Shown here: positions 54,897 through 64,000 of the stretch, piece after piece | How positions within the stretch are numbered: the first letter of the stretch is position 1 | How the letters are laid out: every line of letters starts with the position of its first letter | Assembly: GCA_003056145.1 (NCBI GenBank) | Contig: LSNL01000006.1 | Coordinates: 82,192-146,191, forward strand | Length of the DNA: 64,000 bases | DNA from: Parcubacteria group bacterium M10-OD1-1 | GTDB lineage: Bacteria > Patescibacteriota > Minisyncoccia > Moranbacterales > UBA2206 | Reading direction: 5' to 3' | Notes under the pieces: generated by a model | What the model was told of the DNA's origin: nothing | What the model saw: the letters and a program-made list of their open reading frames with translations, nothing else | Databases searched by the model: none | Translations under genes and position numbers: made by a program

Positions 54897-55967
54897 TTAA
54901 TATTTTAACAATGATTCAAAATTTTTAGGATCTTTAGCGTATCTAATAGCTGAGTCAATAGAAACGACCCCTTGTTTAACTAAATTAGCCAAAGATCTAT
55001 CCATTGTAATCATTCCTTCATCTGAACTAGTTTCTATAACATTATCAATCTGATGTAGTTTATTTTCTCTAATAAGATTTTCCACTGCGTGATTTTTAAC
55101 CATTATTTCCACAGCTGGAATTCTCCCTCCATCCACTTTAGTCACCAGTCTTTGTGAAATAACAGCCACTAAAACATTAGCTAGCTGAGATCTGATTTGA
55201 TTTTGTTGATGGGCAGGAAAAACATCAATAATTCTATCTATAGTTTGCGGTGCATCATTAGTATGTAAGGTAGCAAAAATTAAATGTCCTGTCTCTGCTG
55301 CTGTAAGAGCAATACTGATAGTATCTAAATCTCTCATTTCCCCAACTAAAACTACATTAGCATCTTCTCGAAAAACAGCCTTAAGAGCTAGTTGAAAAGA
55401 TTTAGAATCTTGATAAATCTCTCTTTGATTAATAATACACTTATCTTGTTCATAAATATATTCAATCGGATCTTCAACAGTAATAATATGCCGTTCTTGA
55501 TTTTTATTTATTTCGTTAATTAGTGTCGCTAGAGTAGTGGATTTCCCTTGTCCGACTGGACCTACAACCAAGACTAATCCTTGAGTCATTTTAGTAAAAT
55601 CATAAAGTGTCTCCGGAATATTTAATTCTCTTAAATTTTTTATTTCACTAGGAATTAACCTAAACGCCACACTAATATAGCCTTGCTGAAAAAAAACATT
55701 TACTCTAAATCTGGCTTTATTTTCAAAATTATACGAAAAATCCGCTTGCCCTTCCTCTAAAAGAATCTTTTTCTTTTCTTCATTGATAATTGCATCACAC
55801 ATTCCTTGAGTAGCCTCAGGAGTCAATAATTCTCCTTGTGTAATAGGAAGTAATCTTCCATCTATTCTTAAAGTTGGATACCTTCCTACTGTTAGATGAA
55901 GATCAGAAGCTTTCTCTTGAGCAGTTAATCGCAATAAACTTTTTATTTTTTGTTCCGAATGAGGCAT
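54897..55967 (-). CDS. pilT: Twitching-motility retraction ATPase PilT
   Basis: 356 aa. Walker A GPVGQGKSTT, and His/Asp boxes typical of PilT/PilU hexameric ATPases. Confidence 0.85.
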   Translation of the reverse strand: MPHSEQKIKSLLRLTAQEKASDLHLTVGRYPTLRIDGRLLPITQGELLTPEATQGMCDAIINEEKKKILLEEGQADFSYNFENKARFRVNVFFQQGYISVAFRLIPSEIKNLRELNIPETLYDFTKMTQGLVLVVGPVGQGKSTTLATLINEINKNQERHIITVEDPIEYIYEQDKCIINQREIYQDSKSFQLALKAVFREDANVVLVGEMRDLDTISIALTAAETGHLIFATLHTNDAPQTIDRIIDVFPAHQQNQIRSQLANVLVAVISQRLVTKVDGGRIPAVEIMVKNHAVENLIRENKLHQIDNVIETSSDEGMITMDRSLANLVKQGVVSIDSAIRYAKDPKNFESLLKY

Positions 55968-56018
55968 ATTCTTATTTTTTGAAAAATTATAGTCAATTAT
56001 TTACTTTTTACCTACCTT

Positions 56019-56420
56019 TTAAATTAAAAACTTTTTAATTTTTTCCATTACTTCAGATGGAGTAAACTGAGACTTTATTAAATAATCTTGCGCTCCCGCT
56101 TTAAACCCAGCCTTAATATTCTCTTTCTGGCTTAGATTAGTTAATAAAACTATTGGAATTTTTTTTAGATAATCTTTTTCTCTAATTTTTTTTAATATTG
56201 TCATTCCATCTGCATAGGGCATCACTAAATCTAAAAGAATTATGTCAGGATTAATCTTTCCTTCTTCTATTTTTTCAATAGCTATCCGACCATTATCCGC
56301 AATAATTAAATTATAACCTTCTTCTCCAAATTTAGTTTTATAGATATCTAAAACATAAAAGTCATCTTCAATTATCATTATGGTTTTTCTTTGGTTCTGT
56401 TTTTCTTTGTTAGCATCCAC
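56019..56420 (-). CDS. Stand-alone response-regulator receiver domain (CheY/PilH-like)
   Basis: MIIEDDFYVLD...DIILLDLVMPYADGMTILKKIR...LLTN...K carries the phospho-acceptor Asp and the T/K pocket. The track start is a GTG; an internal ATG at 56376-56378 gives a 119-aa product. Confidence 0.75.
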   Translation of the reverse strand: MDANKEKQNQRKTIMIIEDDFYVLDIYKTKFGEEGYNLIIADNGRIAIEKIEEGKINPDIILLDLVMPYADGMTILKKIREKDYLKKIPIVLLTNLSQKENIKAGFKAGAQDYLIKSQFTPSEVMEKIKKFLI

Positions 56421-56438
56421 TTATTTAAATTTATCCAA

Positions 56439-58160
56439 TTAATCATTTTCTTCTGCCAATTCAATAGTCCCTTCTGTGACTCTTTCTATTTCCTCTACTG
56501 TTGAGAGTCCTTTTAAAACTTTTAAAATTCCATCTTGTCTCATCGTCAAAATCCCCATAGCTTCTTTCTCTTTAATTAATAAATCTTCATTTCCATCTTC
56601 TTCGGTCATAATATTTTTAATATTCTCGTTAATTGGGATTACTTCATAAATAGCCACTCTCCCCTTTAAACCCGTCCCATTGCAAGCATCACATCCTTTG
56701 CCATGATAAAATTTAGCTTCTTTCAGAGAATTAATCCCATAATTTTTTAATTCTTCTATCGATATATTTTCCACCTCCTCTAAAATAGCTGTTCGAACAG
56801 ATTGAGAAATTTTTTCTTCAGTTTTGCATTTCTCGCAAATTTTTCTAACCAGTCTTTGAGCTACAACTATTCGTAAAGAAGATGATAATAGAAATGGTTC
56901 TATTTTCATATCAATTAGTCGAGGAATAGCTCCAATAGCAGTATTAGTGTGTAAAGTAGAAAACATCAAGTGACCAGTTAGAGCTGCATGAACAGCCAAT
57001 TCAGCTGTTTCCTGGTCTCTAATTTCTCCCACCATAATTACATTAGGATCTTGACGTAAAATAGTTCTAAGCCCGTTAGCAAAAGTATAACCTATATCTG
57101 GATTAATCTGACTTTGATTTAAACCCTCAATATTGTATTCAATTGGATCTTCTAAGGTAATGATATTTCTTTCTTCCTCATTTAAGATTTTTAAAAGAGC
57201 ATACAAAGAAGTAGATTTACCACTGCCAGTTGGTCCAGTAAAAAGAATCATTCCATAAGTTTCTTTCAATGATTTTTTAATATCTTCCAGGGCCTTTCCC
57301 ATCAAACCCAATGACTCAATACTACTCAACCCTCTACTTTTATCCAAAATCCTTAAAACTATTTTTTCTCCAGAAATAACTGGTAAGGTAGAGACCCGAA
57401 AATCAATTTCTTTTTTACCGCTCGTAGTCCTAAAACGACCATCTTGAGGTTTTCTTTTTTCATCAATTTTTAAATTAGCTAATATTTTTATTCGAGAAAT
57501 AACCGCTGGACCAACTTCTTTAGGGATAAGTAAACTAAGATGTAATACTCCATCAATTCTAAAACGAACACGGTAATCACCGTCCATAGGTTCTATATGA
57601 ATATCACTCGCATTACTACTGATAGCATGACTAATAATTACCTGAACTAATTTAGTAACTGGTGCCTCTTTTAAAATTTCATTTTTCCTCTCTTCTCTTT
57701 CACTCCCCCTTTTTTCTCCTTCAAAAACGACATTTTCCTTTAGCAACTTAACTGCTTCATCAACAATTTCTGAGGCTTTTCCATAATTAGCAACAATTTG
57801 ATCAAAAATATCTGATTTAACAGCATAAATTTCTAATTCTATTTTTTCTTTTTCCGCAAAAAATCTCAAAGCATTTAAGGCGTTAATATCGCCTGGATTA
57901 ACCATAGCTACTTTTACTAGATTCTTTTTCTTCTCGAAAGAAGCGATTTTATATTTTTTAGCTACTTCTTCAGAAATTATATTAATTACTCGACTATCAA
58001 TTTTTTTAGGAGCAACCTCTAAACTAGCAATTTCAGGAACATTGTCATTATTAGAGTTATTTACTGGCACGGATTTTTCTTTTATGGTAGATAAAAAAGG
58101 TGAGTTTTTTTTAATAACTTTGTTAATAGAAAAATTAATAGATTTTATATTTTTTTTCAT
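56439..58160 (-). CDS. pilB: Type IV pilus assembly ATPase PilB (GspE family)
   Basis: 573 aa. Walker A FTGPTGSGKSTSL, and a C-terminal tetra-Cys CEKC...CDAC zinc motif. Confidence 0.88.
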   Translation of the reverse strand: MKKNIKSINFSINKVIKKNSPFLSTIKEKSVPVNNSNNDNVPEIASLEVAPKKIDSRVINIISEEVAKKYKIASFEKKKNLVKVAMVNPGDINALNALRFFAEKEKIELEIYAVKSDIFDQIVANYGKASEIVDEAVKLLKENVVFEGEKRGSEREERKNEILKEAPVTKLVQVIISHAISSNASDIHIEPMDGDYRVRFRIDGVLHLSLLIPKEVGPAVISRIKILANLKIDEKRKPQDGRFRTTSGKKEIDFRVSTLPVISGEKIVLRILDKSRGLSSIESLGLMGKALEDIKKSLKETYGMILFTGPTGSGKSTSLYALLKILNEEERNIITLEDPIEYNIEGLNQSQINPDIGYTFANGLRTILRQDPNVIMVGEIRDQETAELAVHAALTGHLMFSTLHTNTAIGAIPRLIDMKIEPFLLSSSLRIVVAQRLVRKICEKCKTEEKISQSVRTAILEEVENISIEELKNYGINSLKEAKFYHGKGCDACNGTGLKGRVAIYEVIPINENIKNIMTEEDGNEDLLIKEKEAMGILTMRQDGILKVLKGLSTVEEIERVTEGTIELAEEND

Positions 58161-58223
58161 CTCTAATTATTAGTCTTTTTTTATTTCTAGACTTGCTTTT
58201 TATTTTAATTTTTTAGCCCCTAC

Positions 58224-58982
58224 TTAAGGAAGAAACGGATTAGTTTTTCCTTTGTCACTAACTTTTAATTTCCAAGGGAATGTTTTAATACTCTGGCTAA
58301 TATCACTAATAACTTGAGTACCTATCTTACCACTTGGTAAAACAGTTTTACTAAAACTGTTATCTGATAACTGAAGTTTTTTTAGGACATCAAAATCAAT
58401 AGCCATTTCAGCTAAAATAACCCTGTTAGTTGATTTATCTGGCTGAGCATTAGCAGCTGACTTTACATTAACTTCTTTAGATAACTTTAAAGTAGCCACA
58501 TCATTATATCGATCTAACTGTCTTAAGTCATTAAAAAATTGCTTAATAGAACTATAGCTACCAGAAAGTTTCATATGCACTTCTACTTTTCGTGAAATAG
58601 GAAAAAGTGTTTGTTTTCGAGAATTAATTTGAACTAAATTATTCACTTTCAATGGTTTAACTACAATATCAAAAACTCCTAAATGATAAACTGAAGCTAG
58701 CATATTTAGATTATCAATCAGTTTCTCTTCTCCTATCTTTTCAGGAATAAACCGATAAAGAATAGCTTTCTTTAGAGAGACTAGATCTATTTGAGCTGAA
58801 ATTTCATTAGCTTTCTTCTGCATATTATCAATTGACAATATTTTTTCTTGGTATTGTTTTAATTGAGTATATTCATCTTTAACTCCATTGACCCCGTTAC
58901 TATATTGAGGATGCACAAACCAAATTAAAAGAACGATAGTCAAAATGATTATTATAGGTGTAATTAATATTTTTAGTTTCAT
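58224..58982 (-). CDS. pilO: PilO-like pilus alignment subcomplex protein
   Basis: N-terminal TM plus a coiled coil. Position after pilM-pilN. Confidence 0.45.
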   Translation of the reverse strand: MKLKILITPIIIILTIVLLIWFVHPQYSNGVNGVKDEYTQLKQYQEKILSIDNMQKKANEISAQIDLVSLKKAILYRFIPEKIGEEKLIDNLNMLASVYHLGVFDIVVKPLKVNNLVQINSRKQTLFPISRKVEVHMKLSGSYSSIKQFFNDLRQLDRYNDVATLKLSKEVNVKSAANAQPDKSTNRVILAEMAIDFDVLKKLQLSDNSFSKTVLPSGKIGTQVISDISQSIKTFPWKLKVSDKGKTNPFLP

Positions 58983-59018
58983 TTTTATTTTTTTAATATT
59001 TATAAATTAATAATCTGT

Positions 59019-59543
59019 TTATTTTAATTTTAATTTAATAATAAAATGAACCTCTCCTGTCTGAGTATCTAAAAAATTATTACCTGGAACTACAGTTATG
59101 AAAAAACTGTCTTCCTTAAAACTTAAAATTTGCCTAGCGACTGAATAAAAGCTACCACTAATACAATTCAATAGAATAATATTTTTAGTTTTATCATAAT
59201 TAAGCGATTCTAAATGAACAGCTGGAATCATGGCTGATTCTATATTATTTAATATCTCATTCATATCCTCCCGTTGAGCTAACATCTTTTTTGCTACTGA
59301 TGTTCTATTCTTGAAATCTAAAACATCATTTACTTTTCCAGCTAAAACTTTTTTATATTTAATTTGATATTGGCTTTTAGCCACTTGGACTTGAGCAGCT
59401 ACTTTTTTTTGTAAAACGATTAGTCCTCCATAAACAATAATAGTTACAGTTAAAGCTATAATAGCAATAACCATTCCTTTTTTAGGAGGTCTTTTATTAT
59501 TTCTATTTTCTTGATTACCAATGGCTAAATTTATATTGGACAT
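59019..59543 (-). CDS. pilN: PilN-like pilus alignment subcomplex protein
   Basis: 174 aa with a single TM after a short basic N-terminus, immediately downstream of pilM. Confidence 0.5.
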   Translation of the reverse strand: MSNINLAIGNQENRNNKRPPKKGMVIAIIALTVTIIVYGGLIVLQKKVAAQVQVAKSQYQIKYKKVLAGKVNDVLDFKNRTSVAKKMLAQREDMNEILNNIESAMIPAVHLESLNYDKTKNIILLNCISGSFYSVARQILSFKEDSFFITVVPGNNFLDTQTGEVHFIIKLKLK

Positions 59544-59589
59544 ATTTTTTATTTAAATTATTTTTTCTTTTTATTTTTATTATTTATTT

Positions 59590-60675
59590 CTATGACTTAT
59601 TTGTATTTATACCCATTAAAGCCAAGCCAACAGCAACTGAAAACTGAGCTTTTATTTTATCAATTACAGATTCTAACTCACTATCGTATTCTACCCGACT
59701 AAAAGGATTCCCAATAACTGTCTTCATATTTAGTTTAGTTTGAAAAAAATTATCAATTCCTTGCAAATTAGCCGTCCCACCAGATAAAATTAAAGCATCA
59801 ATATGAATATTTGGATCCTCTTTCAAAATAGTTGCCAAAATTCTAGCTATCTCTTCCGCAATAGATTCTAAATTAGGAAATTTAATGCTTGATTCTTTAC
59901 TAAAGAAAGACTTTTCTGAAATTTTCATTTCTTCGGCTCTTTTTTCTGAAATACCTAAACTCTTAGCAATAGTATCGGTTAAATCAAATCCACCAGCATC
60001 AATATTACGATTAATTTTTAGGACGCCCCTTTCAACATAGATGATATTACAAACGCTTGCCCCAATATCTACTATTATAAATCGTCCTTTATCTTTTCCA
60101 ATTAACGAATTAATCATCGCTAAATTTTCTATTTCTATTCCAGCAGGAATAAGTCCTACTTCTCTAACGACTTTTTCATAAGCATTAATTTTGCTCTTAG
60201 AAGCCACCACTAAGAGGATTCGAATTTTATTTTTAACTTCGGGTTTAGTTTTTTTCTCTTTAGCCTGACTTTCACCTTTAATAATCTCCCAACTCAAAAC
60301 TACTTCATCTAATGAAGTCGGGATATATTTAGTAGCTTCAAATTTCACCGCCTGTTCTATATCCTCATCTGGCATATTTGGTAATTCAATTAAAGTAATC
60401 AATCCGCCAAAAGCAGGAATGGCAATGTAAGCATTTTTACTTTTAAACTTACTCTCTTGAATGATTCTTTTTAGATACTTAGGTAAAATTATTTTAAAAA
60501 ATTCTGAATCATTATCATTATTTTTATCGCCTACATTTTTATCGCCTATCTTTATCCAAGCATAATTAACTAAACGAGGCTTATCCCCTTTCATCTCTAA
60601 CTCCACTATTTTTAAGCTAGAAGTTCCGATATCTATTCCAAGAAAATTTTTGTTTTTGAAATTAAAACCTAGCAT
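59590..60675 (-). CDS. pilM: Type IV pilus assembly protein PilM (actin-like ATPase fold)
   Basis: FLGIDIGTSSLKIVEL phosphate-1 motif, 361 aa. Confidence 0.8.
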   Translation of the reverse strand: MLGFNFKNKNFLGIDIGTSSLKIVELEMKGDKPRLVNYAWIKIGDKNVGDKNNDNDSEFFKIILPKYLKRIIQESKFKSKNAYIAIPAFGGLITLIELPNMPDEDIEQAVKFEATKYIPTSLDEVVLSWEIIKGESQAKEKKTKPEVKNKIRILLVVASKSKINAYEKVVREVGLIPAGIEIENLAMINSLIGKDKGRFIIVDIGASVCNIIYVERGVLKINRNIDAGGFDLTDTIAKSLGISEKRAEEMKISEKSFFSKESSIKFPNLESIAEEIARILATILKEDPNIHIDALILSGGTANLQGIDNFFQTKLNMKTVIGNPFSRVEYDSELESVIDKIKAQFSVAVGLALMGINTNKS

Positions 60676-60803
60676 TTTTTATTTTTAAAATTTTATATTT
60701 ATTGATTGATTAAATAATACACTATTTTTTAAAATTTATCTACTCTTAATTAATGAAGTTATCCACACTTTCTTATTTTCATTTCTAACCTTCAAAATAT
60801 ATT

Positions 60804-60832
60804 TGACATTTGCTCGTTTTAAAAATAAACTA
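60804..60832 (+). promoter_or_regulatory. Putative sigma70-type promoter for the clpC-like gene
   Basis: TTGACA (60804-60809), then a 16-17-nt spacer, then TAAACT, about 30 nt upstream of the ATG at 60866. Confidence 0.35.
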
Positions 60833-60865
60833 TAAACATCTTTAATTTAACTATTCTCAGTTTTT

Positions 60866-63448
60866 ATGATAAAAAAAAGTACCCCCTCTTTATTCGAAAA
60901 ATCTAATAAGCGATTGACTAATCATGCTAAAATTTCTCTTTTACAAGCTCAGGATATTGCTAATCAATTAGGAGATAAAAAAGTAAAAAATATTCATCTT
61001 TTTTATTCTATTTTCTGTGAAGAAGGCAGTATGGGTTCTATTATTATGCAGGATTTAGGTATTAAAAAAAAATTTTTTAATACCTACCTAAAAACTTTAA
61101 ATCCTCCTTCTGCTTCTCAAAAAACTAAGCTTATTAATAACCTTCAAAAAATTTCTACTTCTCTAAAAAATACTCTTCTACGAGCTCATGTCATCGCAAA
61201 AGAATTAAATTACGCTTATGTTGGAACTGAACATTTAGTTTATACACTTTTAGAATCCAAAAATAAAGAAATATCTTCTATCCTTTCTAAGCTTAAAGAA
61301 AAATCCATCAACCCTCATCAAATAAAAGAAGCTCTCAGGGAGACTAGTCAACCTCAAAATAGTTTGATAGCTAAAAAGAATTTTAATTTTAATTTTAATA
61401 ATGAATTTATGTCCAATATTCCTTCCGATACTCCCGCTAACTTAACAGCTGGACACCTTGACCTAACTCAATTTATTAAAAATAATAAAAAAACTTCTCC
61501 TACTCCCTACACGGATAATTTCTGCCTTAATATAAATAAAAGAGTAACTGAAAAAAAAGAAATCATCATTGGAAGAAAAAAGGAACTTCAAAGAATTATT
61601 CATATTTTAGGTCGGAAAAATAAAAATAATCCGCTTTTACTGGGTTATCCAGGAGTAGGAAAAACAGCTATTATTTATGGCTTAGCTCAATTAATTAACA
61701 CTGGACAAGTACCTACTTTTCTTCTAGAAAAAAGAATTATGAGCTTAGATATTGCCTCTTTAATTGCTGGAACTAGCTTCAGAGGAGAATTTGAAACTCG
61801 CCTGAAAGAAATTTTAAAAGAAATAACTACCCATAAAAATATCATTCTCTTTATTGATGAGCTTCATACTATTGTAGGAGCTGGCAATATTCCTGGAGGT
61901 TTAGATTTAGCTAATATTCTTAAACCAGCTTTAGCCGAAGGAAATTTTAAGTTAATTGGAGCAACTACCTTTTCTGAATATAAAAAATACATCGAAAAAG
62001 ATACCGCGCTAGAAAGACGCTTCCAATCAGTCGCTATTCAAGAACCTTCTTTAGTTGAAACTAAAAAAATTCTCTTAGGTGTTAAAAAACACTATGAAGA
62101 TTTTCATAATGTTTCTATTTCTTCAGAAGTCATTGATTTATCTGTTGAGCTTTCTGACCGCTATTTAAAAAATCGCTACTTACCTGATAAAGCAATTGAC
62201 ATCTTAGATGAAGCAGCTTCCAATCTACGGTCTCAACGAAAAATATCAGCTACGGAAATTAAACTTCGTCAAATCCAAAAAAGAAAACAACAACTTACCG
62301 AAGAAAAAGAAAATTTAATCAATTTAGAAAATTATCAACGAGCATCTGAAATCCAAGAGTTAGAAAAAAAAGATCTTCATCAAATTACATTGATTAAGAA
62401 GCAACTAGCTCTAACTAAACAAAAAAACCGAAAAGAAATTAAGCCAGTAGATATTTTTAAAACTTTTTCTCATATTTCTGGTATTCCAGAAGAGAAATTA
62501 GCTCAATCTAATAGTAAAAAAATTAAAAACTTAGGTAAAAAATTAGCTCAACAAATAATTGGACAGAGTAAATCTCTTGAGAAAATTCATAATGCCATTT
62601 TGAGATCCCAGTCAGGAATTAGCAATCTAGATCGTCCTTTAGGCTCTTTTCTTTTTATGGGTCCCACTGGTATTGGAAAAACACTAACAGCTAAAACTCT
62701 AGCTCAAGAGCTATTTTCTAACTCTGCTTCTTTAATTCGCATTGATATGAGCGAATTTATGGAACGACACACTATTTCTTCTCTTATTGGCTCTCCTGCT
62801 GGTTATGTTGGCTACGGAGAAGGTGGAAGATTAACTGAAAAAGTTAAAAAGAATCCTTATTCTGTAGTTTTATTTGATGAAATAGAAAAAGCTCATCCAG
62901 ATATTCATAATATTCTCCTCCAAATTTTAGAGGATGGTCTATTAACTGACGCTGAGGGAACAGAAATAAACTTTAAAAATACTTTAATAATTTTGACTAC
63001 TAATATTGGAACTAACGATTTTACAACTGCTGCTAAAATTGGATTTGAATCCAAAAAATCTATTCCTTTTACTTCTCAATTTAAAAGTATCGAGGCAACT
63101 GCCCTTAGAGCACTAAAGAAAAAAATTAGACCAGAGCTTATTAACAGGTTGGATAATATTCTAGTTTTTAACCCTCTTAATATTAAAGAGTTAAAAAAAA
63201 TTACTGAGCTAGAAATTAAAAAAGTTAAAGCCAGACTAAAAAAACAAGATATAAAATTATTGGTAGCAACTCCAGTTCTTCATCAAATAGCTCAAAAAAG
63301 TCTCTCTGCTAATCAAGGAGCTAGATTAGTTAGAAAAAATATTCAAGAAATGATTGAGAATAAGATTGCTGAAATGATTATTCATGAACGAATACAGCAC
63401 CAGCAAATAACTATTAAACTAAAGAATAATAAACTTAATTTTTCTTAG
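60866..63448 (+). CDS. clpC: Clp/Hsp100 family AAA+ chaperone (ClpC/ClpB-like, two AAA modules plus N-terminal Clp_N repeats)
   Basis: D1 Walker A GYPGVGKTAI and D1 Walker B ILFIDELH. D2 Walker A MGPTGIGKTLTAK and Walker B VLFDEIEKAHPD. A sensor RPELINRLD is present. The short middle domain favours a ClpC-like assignment. Confidence 0.8.
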   Translation: MIKKSTPSLFEKSNKRLTNHAKISLLQAQDIANQLGDKKVKNIHLFYSIFCEEGSMGSIIMQDLGIKKKFFNTYLKTLNPPSASQKTKLINNLQKISTSLKNTLLRAHVIAKELNYAYVGTEHLVYTLLESKNKEISSILSKLKEKSINPHQIKEALRETSQPQNSLIAKKNFNFNFNNEFMSNIPSDTPANLTAGHLDLTQFIKNNKKTSPTPYTDNFCLNINKRVTEKKEIIIGRKKELQRIIHILGRKNKNNPLLLGYPGVGKTAIIYGLAQLINTGQVPTFLLEKRIMSLDIASLIAGTSFRGEFETRLKEILKEITTHKNIILFIDELHTIVGAGNIPGGLDLANILKPALAEGNFKLIGATTFSEYKKYIEKDTALERRFQSVAIQEPSLVETKKILLGVKKHYEDFHNVSISSEVIDLSVELSDRYLKNRYLPDKAIDILDEAASNLRSQRKISATEIKLRQIQKRKQQLTEEKENLINLENYQRASEIQELEKKDLHQITLIKKQLALTKQKNRKEIKPVDIFKTFSHISGIPEEKLAQSNSKKIKNLGKKLAQQIIGQSKSLEKIHNAILRSQSGISNLDRPLGSFLFMGPTGIGKTLTAKTLAQELFSNSASLIRIDMSEFMERHTISSLIGSPAGYVGYGEGGRLTEKVKKNPYSVVLFDEIEKAHPDIHNILLQILEDGLLTDAEGTEINFKNTLIILTTNIGTNDFTTAAKIGFESKKSIPFTSQFKSIEATALRALKKKIRPELINRLDNILVFNPLNIKELKKITELEIKKVKARLKKQDIKLLVATPVLHQIAQKSLSANQGARLVRKNIQEMIENKIAEMIIHERIQHQQITIKLKNNKLNFS

Positions 63449-63485
63449 TTTTAAACATCTATTTAATTATTGATAAAAAAAATTA

Positions 63486-64000
63486 GTGCCATTAGAAATT
63501 TTTTCCAACAGTAAAAAATTAATTTTAGACACTCTTTTCCCTATTAACTGCTTATCCTGTCAAAAATCTAATTATTGGCTCTGTGATGATTGCTGGAAAA
63601 AAATAGCTACTCTCTCTTCTCAAGTTTGTCCTTATTGTGAAAAAAATATTTCAACTAGTGGTAAAATTTGTTCTTATTGTCGCTCTCAATTAATAGCTCG
63701 CAATCAACCTGATTTTTTAGATGCTTTAATAGTCGCTACTCATTATTCTAAAAATAATTTAGCTCGTCTAATTCATATTTACAAATATAATTTTATAACT
63801 GAGCTAGCCTCTCCTTTAGCTAAAATAATGGTTACCGCTTTATTAAAAAATCATCTTCCTCTGCCTGATTTAATAATTCCCATCCCTCTTCATCCTCGTC
63901 GGTTAAGATGGCGAGGATTTAACCAAGCGGAGCTCTTAGCCAAAGAGCTAAAAAATACTCTTTTACCTGGATTTCCTCTCATTTTAAGGAATGATTTAAT
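63486..64000 (+). CDS. comFC: ComF family protein (ComFC-like phosphoribosyltransferase-domain competence protein), partial at window end
   Basis: N-terminal double zinc finger LFPINCLSC....WLCDDC and CPYC....CSYC, then the IPIPLHPRRLRWRGFNQAELLAKEL PRTase-like core. The start is uncertain (GTG at 63486). Confidence 0.65.
   Translation, partial: MPLEIFSNSKKLILDTLFPINCLSCQKSNYWLCDDCWKKIATLSSQVCPYCEKNISTSGKICSYCRSQLIARNQPDFLDALIVATHYSKNNLARLIHIYKYNFITELASPLAKIMVTALLKNHLPLPDLIIPIPLHPRRLRWRGFNQAELLAKELKNTLLPGFPLILRNDL

Overview
This is a low-GC (~30%) bacterial chromosome segment, densely packed with genes under the standard genetic code (long ORFs are uninterrupted, so no UGA recoding). The gene content fits a small-genome, CPR/Patescibacteria-like organism, although that placement is an inference from content, not a database result. 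Main contents, in order: (1) Housekeeping genes trxA, uppS, a polyprenyl synthase and tRNA-Glu. (2) A minus-strand operon of a large K/E-rich coiled-coil protein, two small proteins and an 840-aa TrwB/VirD4-like coupling-type ATPase, with no other T4SS parts visible in this window. (3) A glycosylation and cell-envelope block: two GT-C (PMT/ArnT-like) membrane glycosyltransferases, two GT4 enzymes, ftsQ, holB, mreB, murA, rodA, and a coiled-coil lytic transglycosylase. (4) A minus-strand 23S-5S rRNA pair with no adjacent 16S. The 23S carries at least two ~100-nt AT-rich helix expansions and the 5S carries a ~58-nt extended helix. (5) An envelope locus: an O-antigen-ligase-like/TPR protein, a ~1350-aa repetitive surface protein carrying two identical 163-bp in-frame repeats, and an adjacent membrane-anchored HTH/FN3 protein. 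(6) gyrB preceded by a (GTTA)6 microsatellite, then a tRNA-Asp/Met/fMet cluster. (7) gatCA, ligA and a complete type IV pilus locus (four minor pilins, pilD, pilin, pilC, pilT, an orphan receiver, pilB, pilONM). (8) A ClpC-like chaperone and a partial ComFC competence gene. Most short ORFs that lie antisense to long genes or inside the rRNAs are judged spurious.
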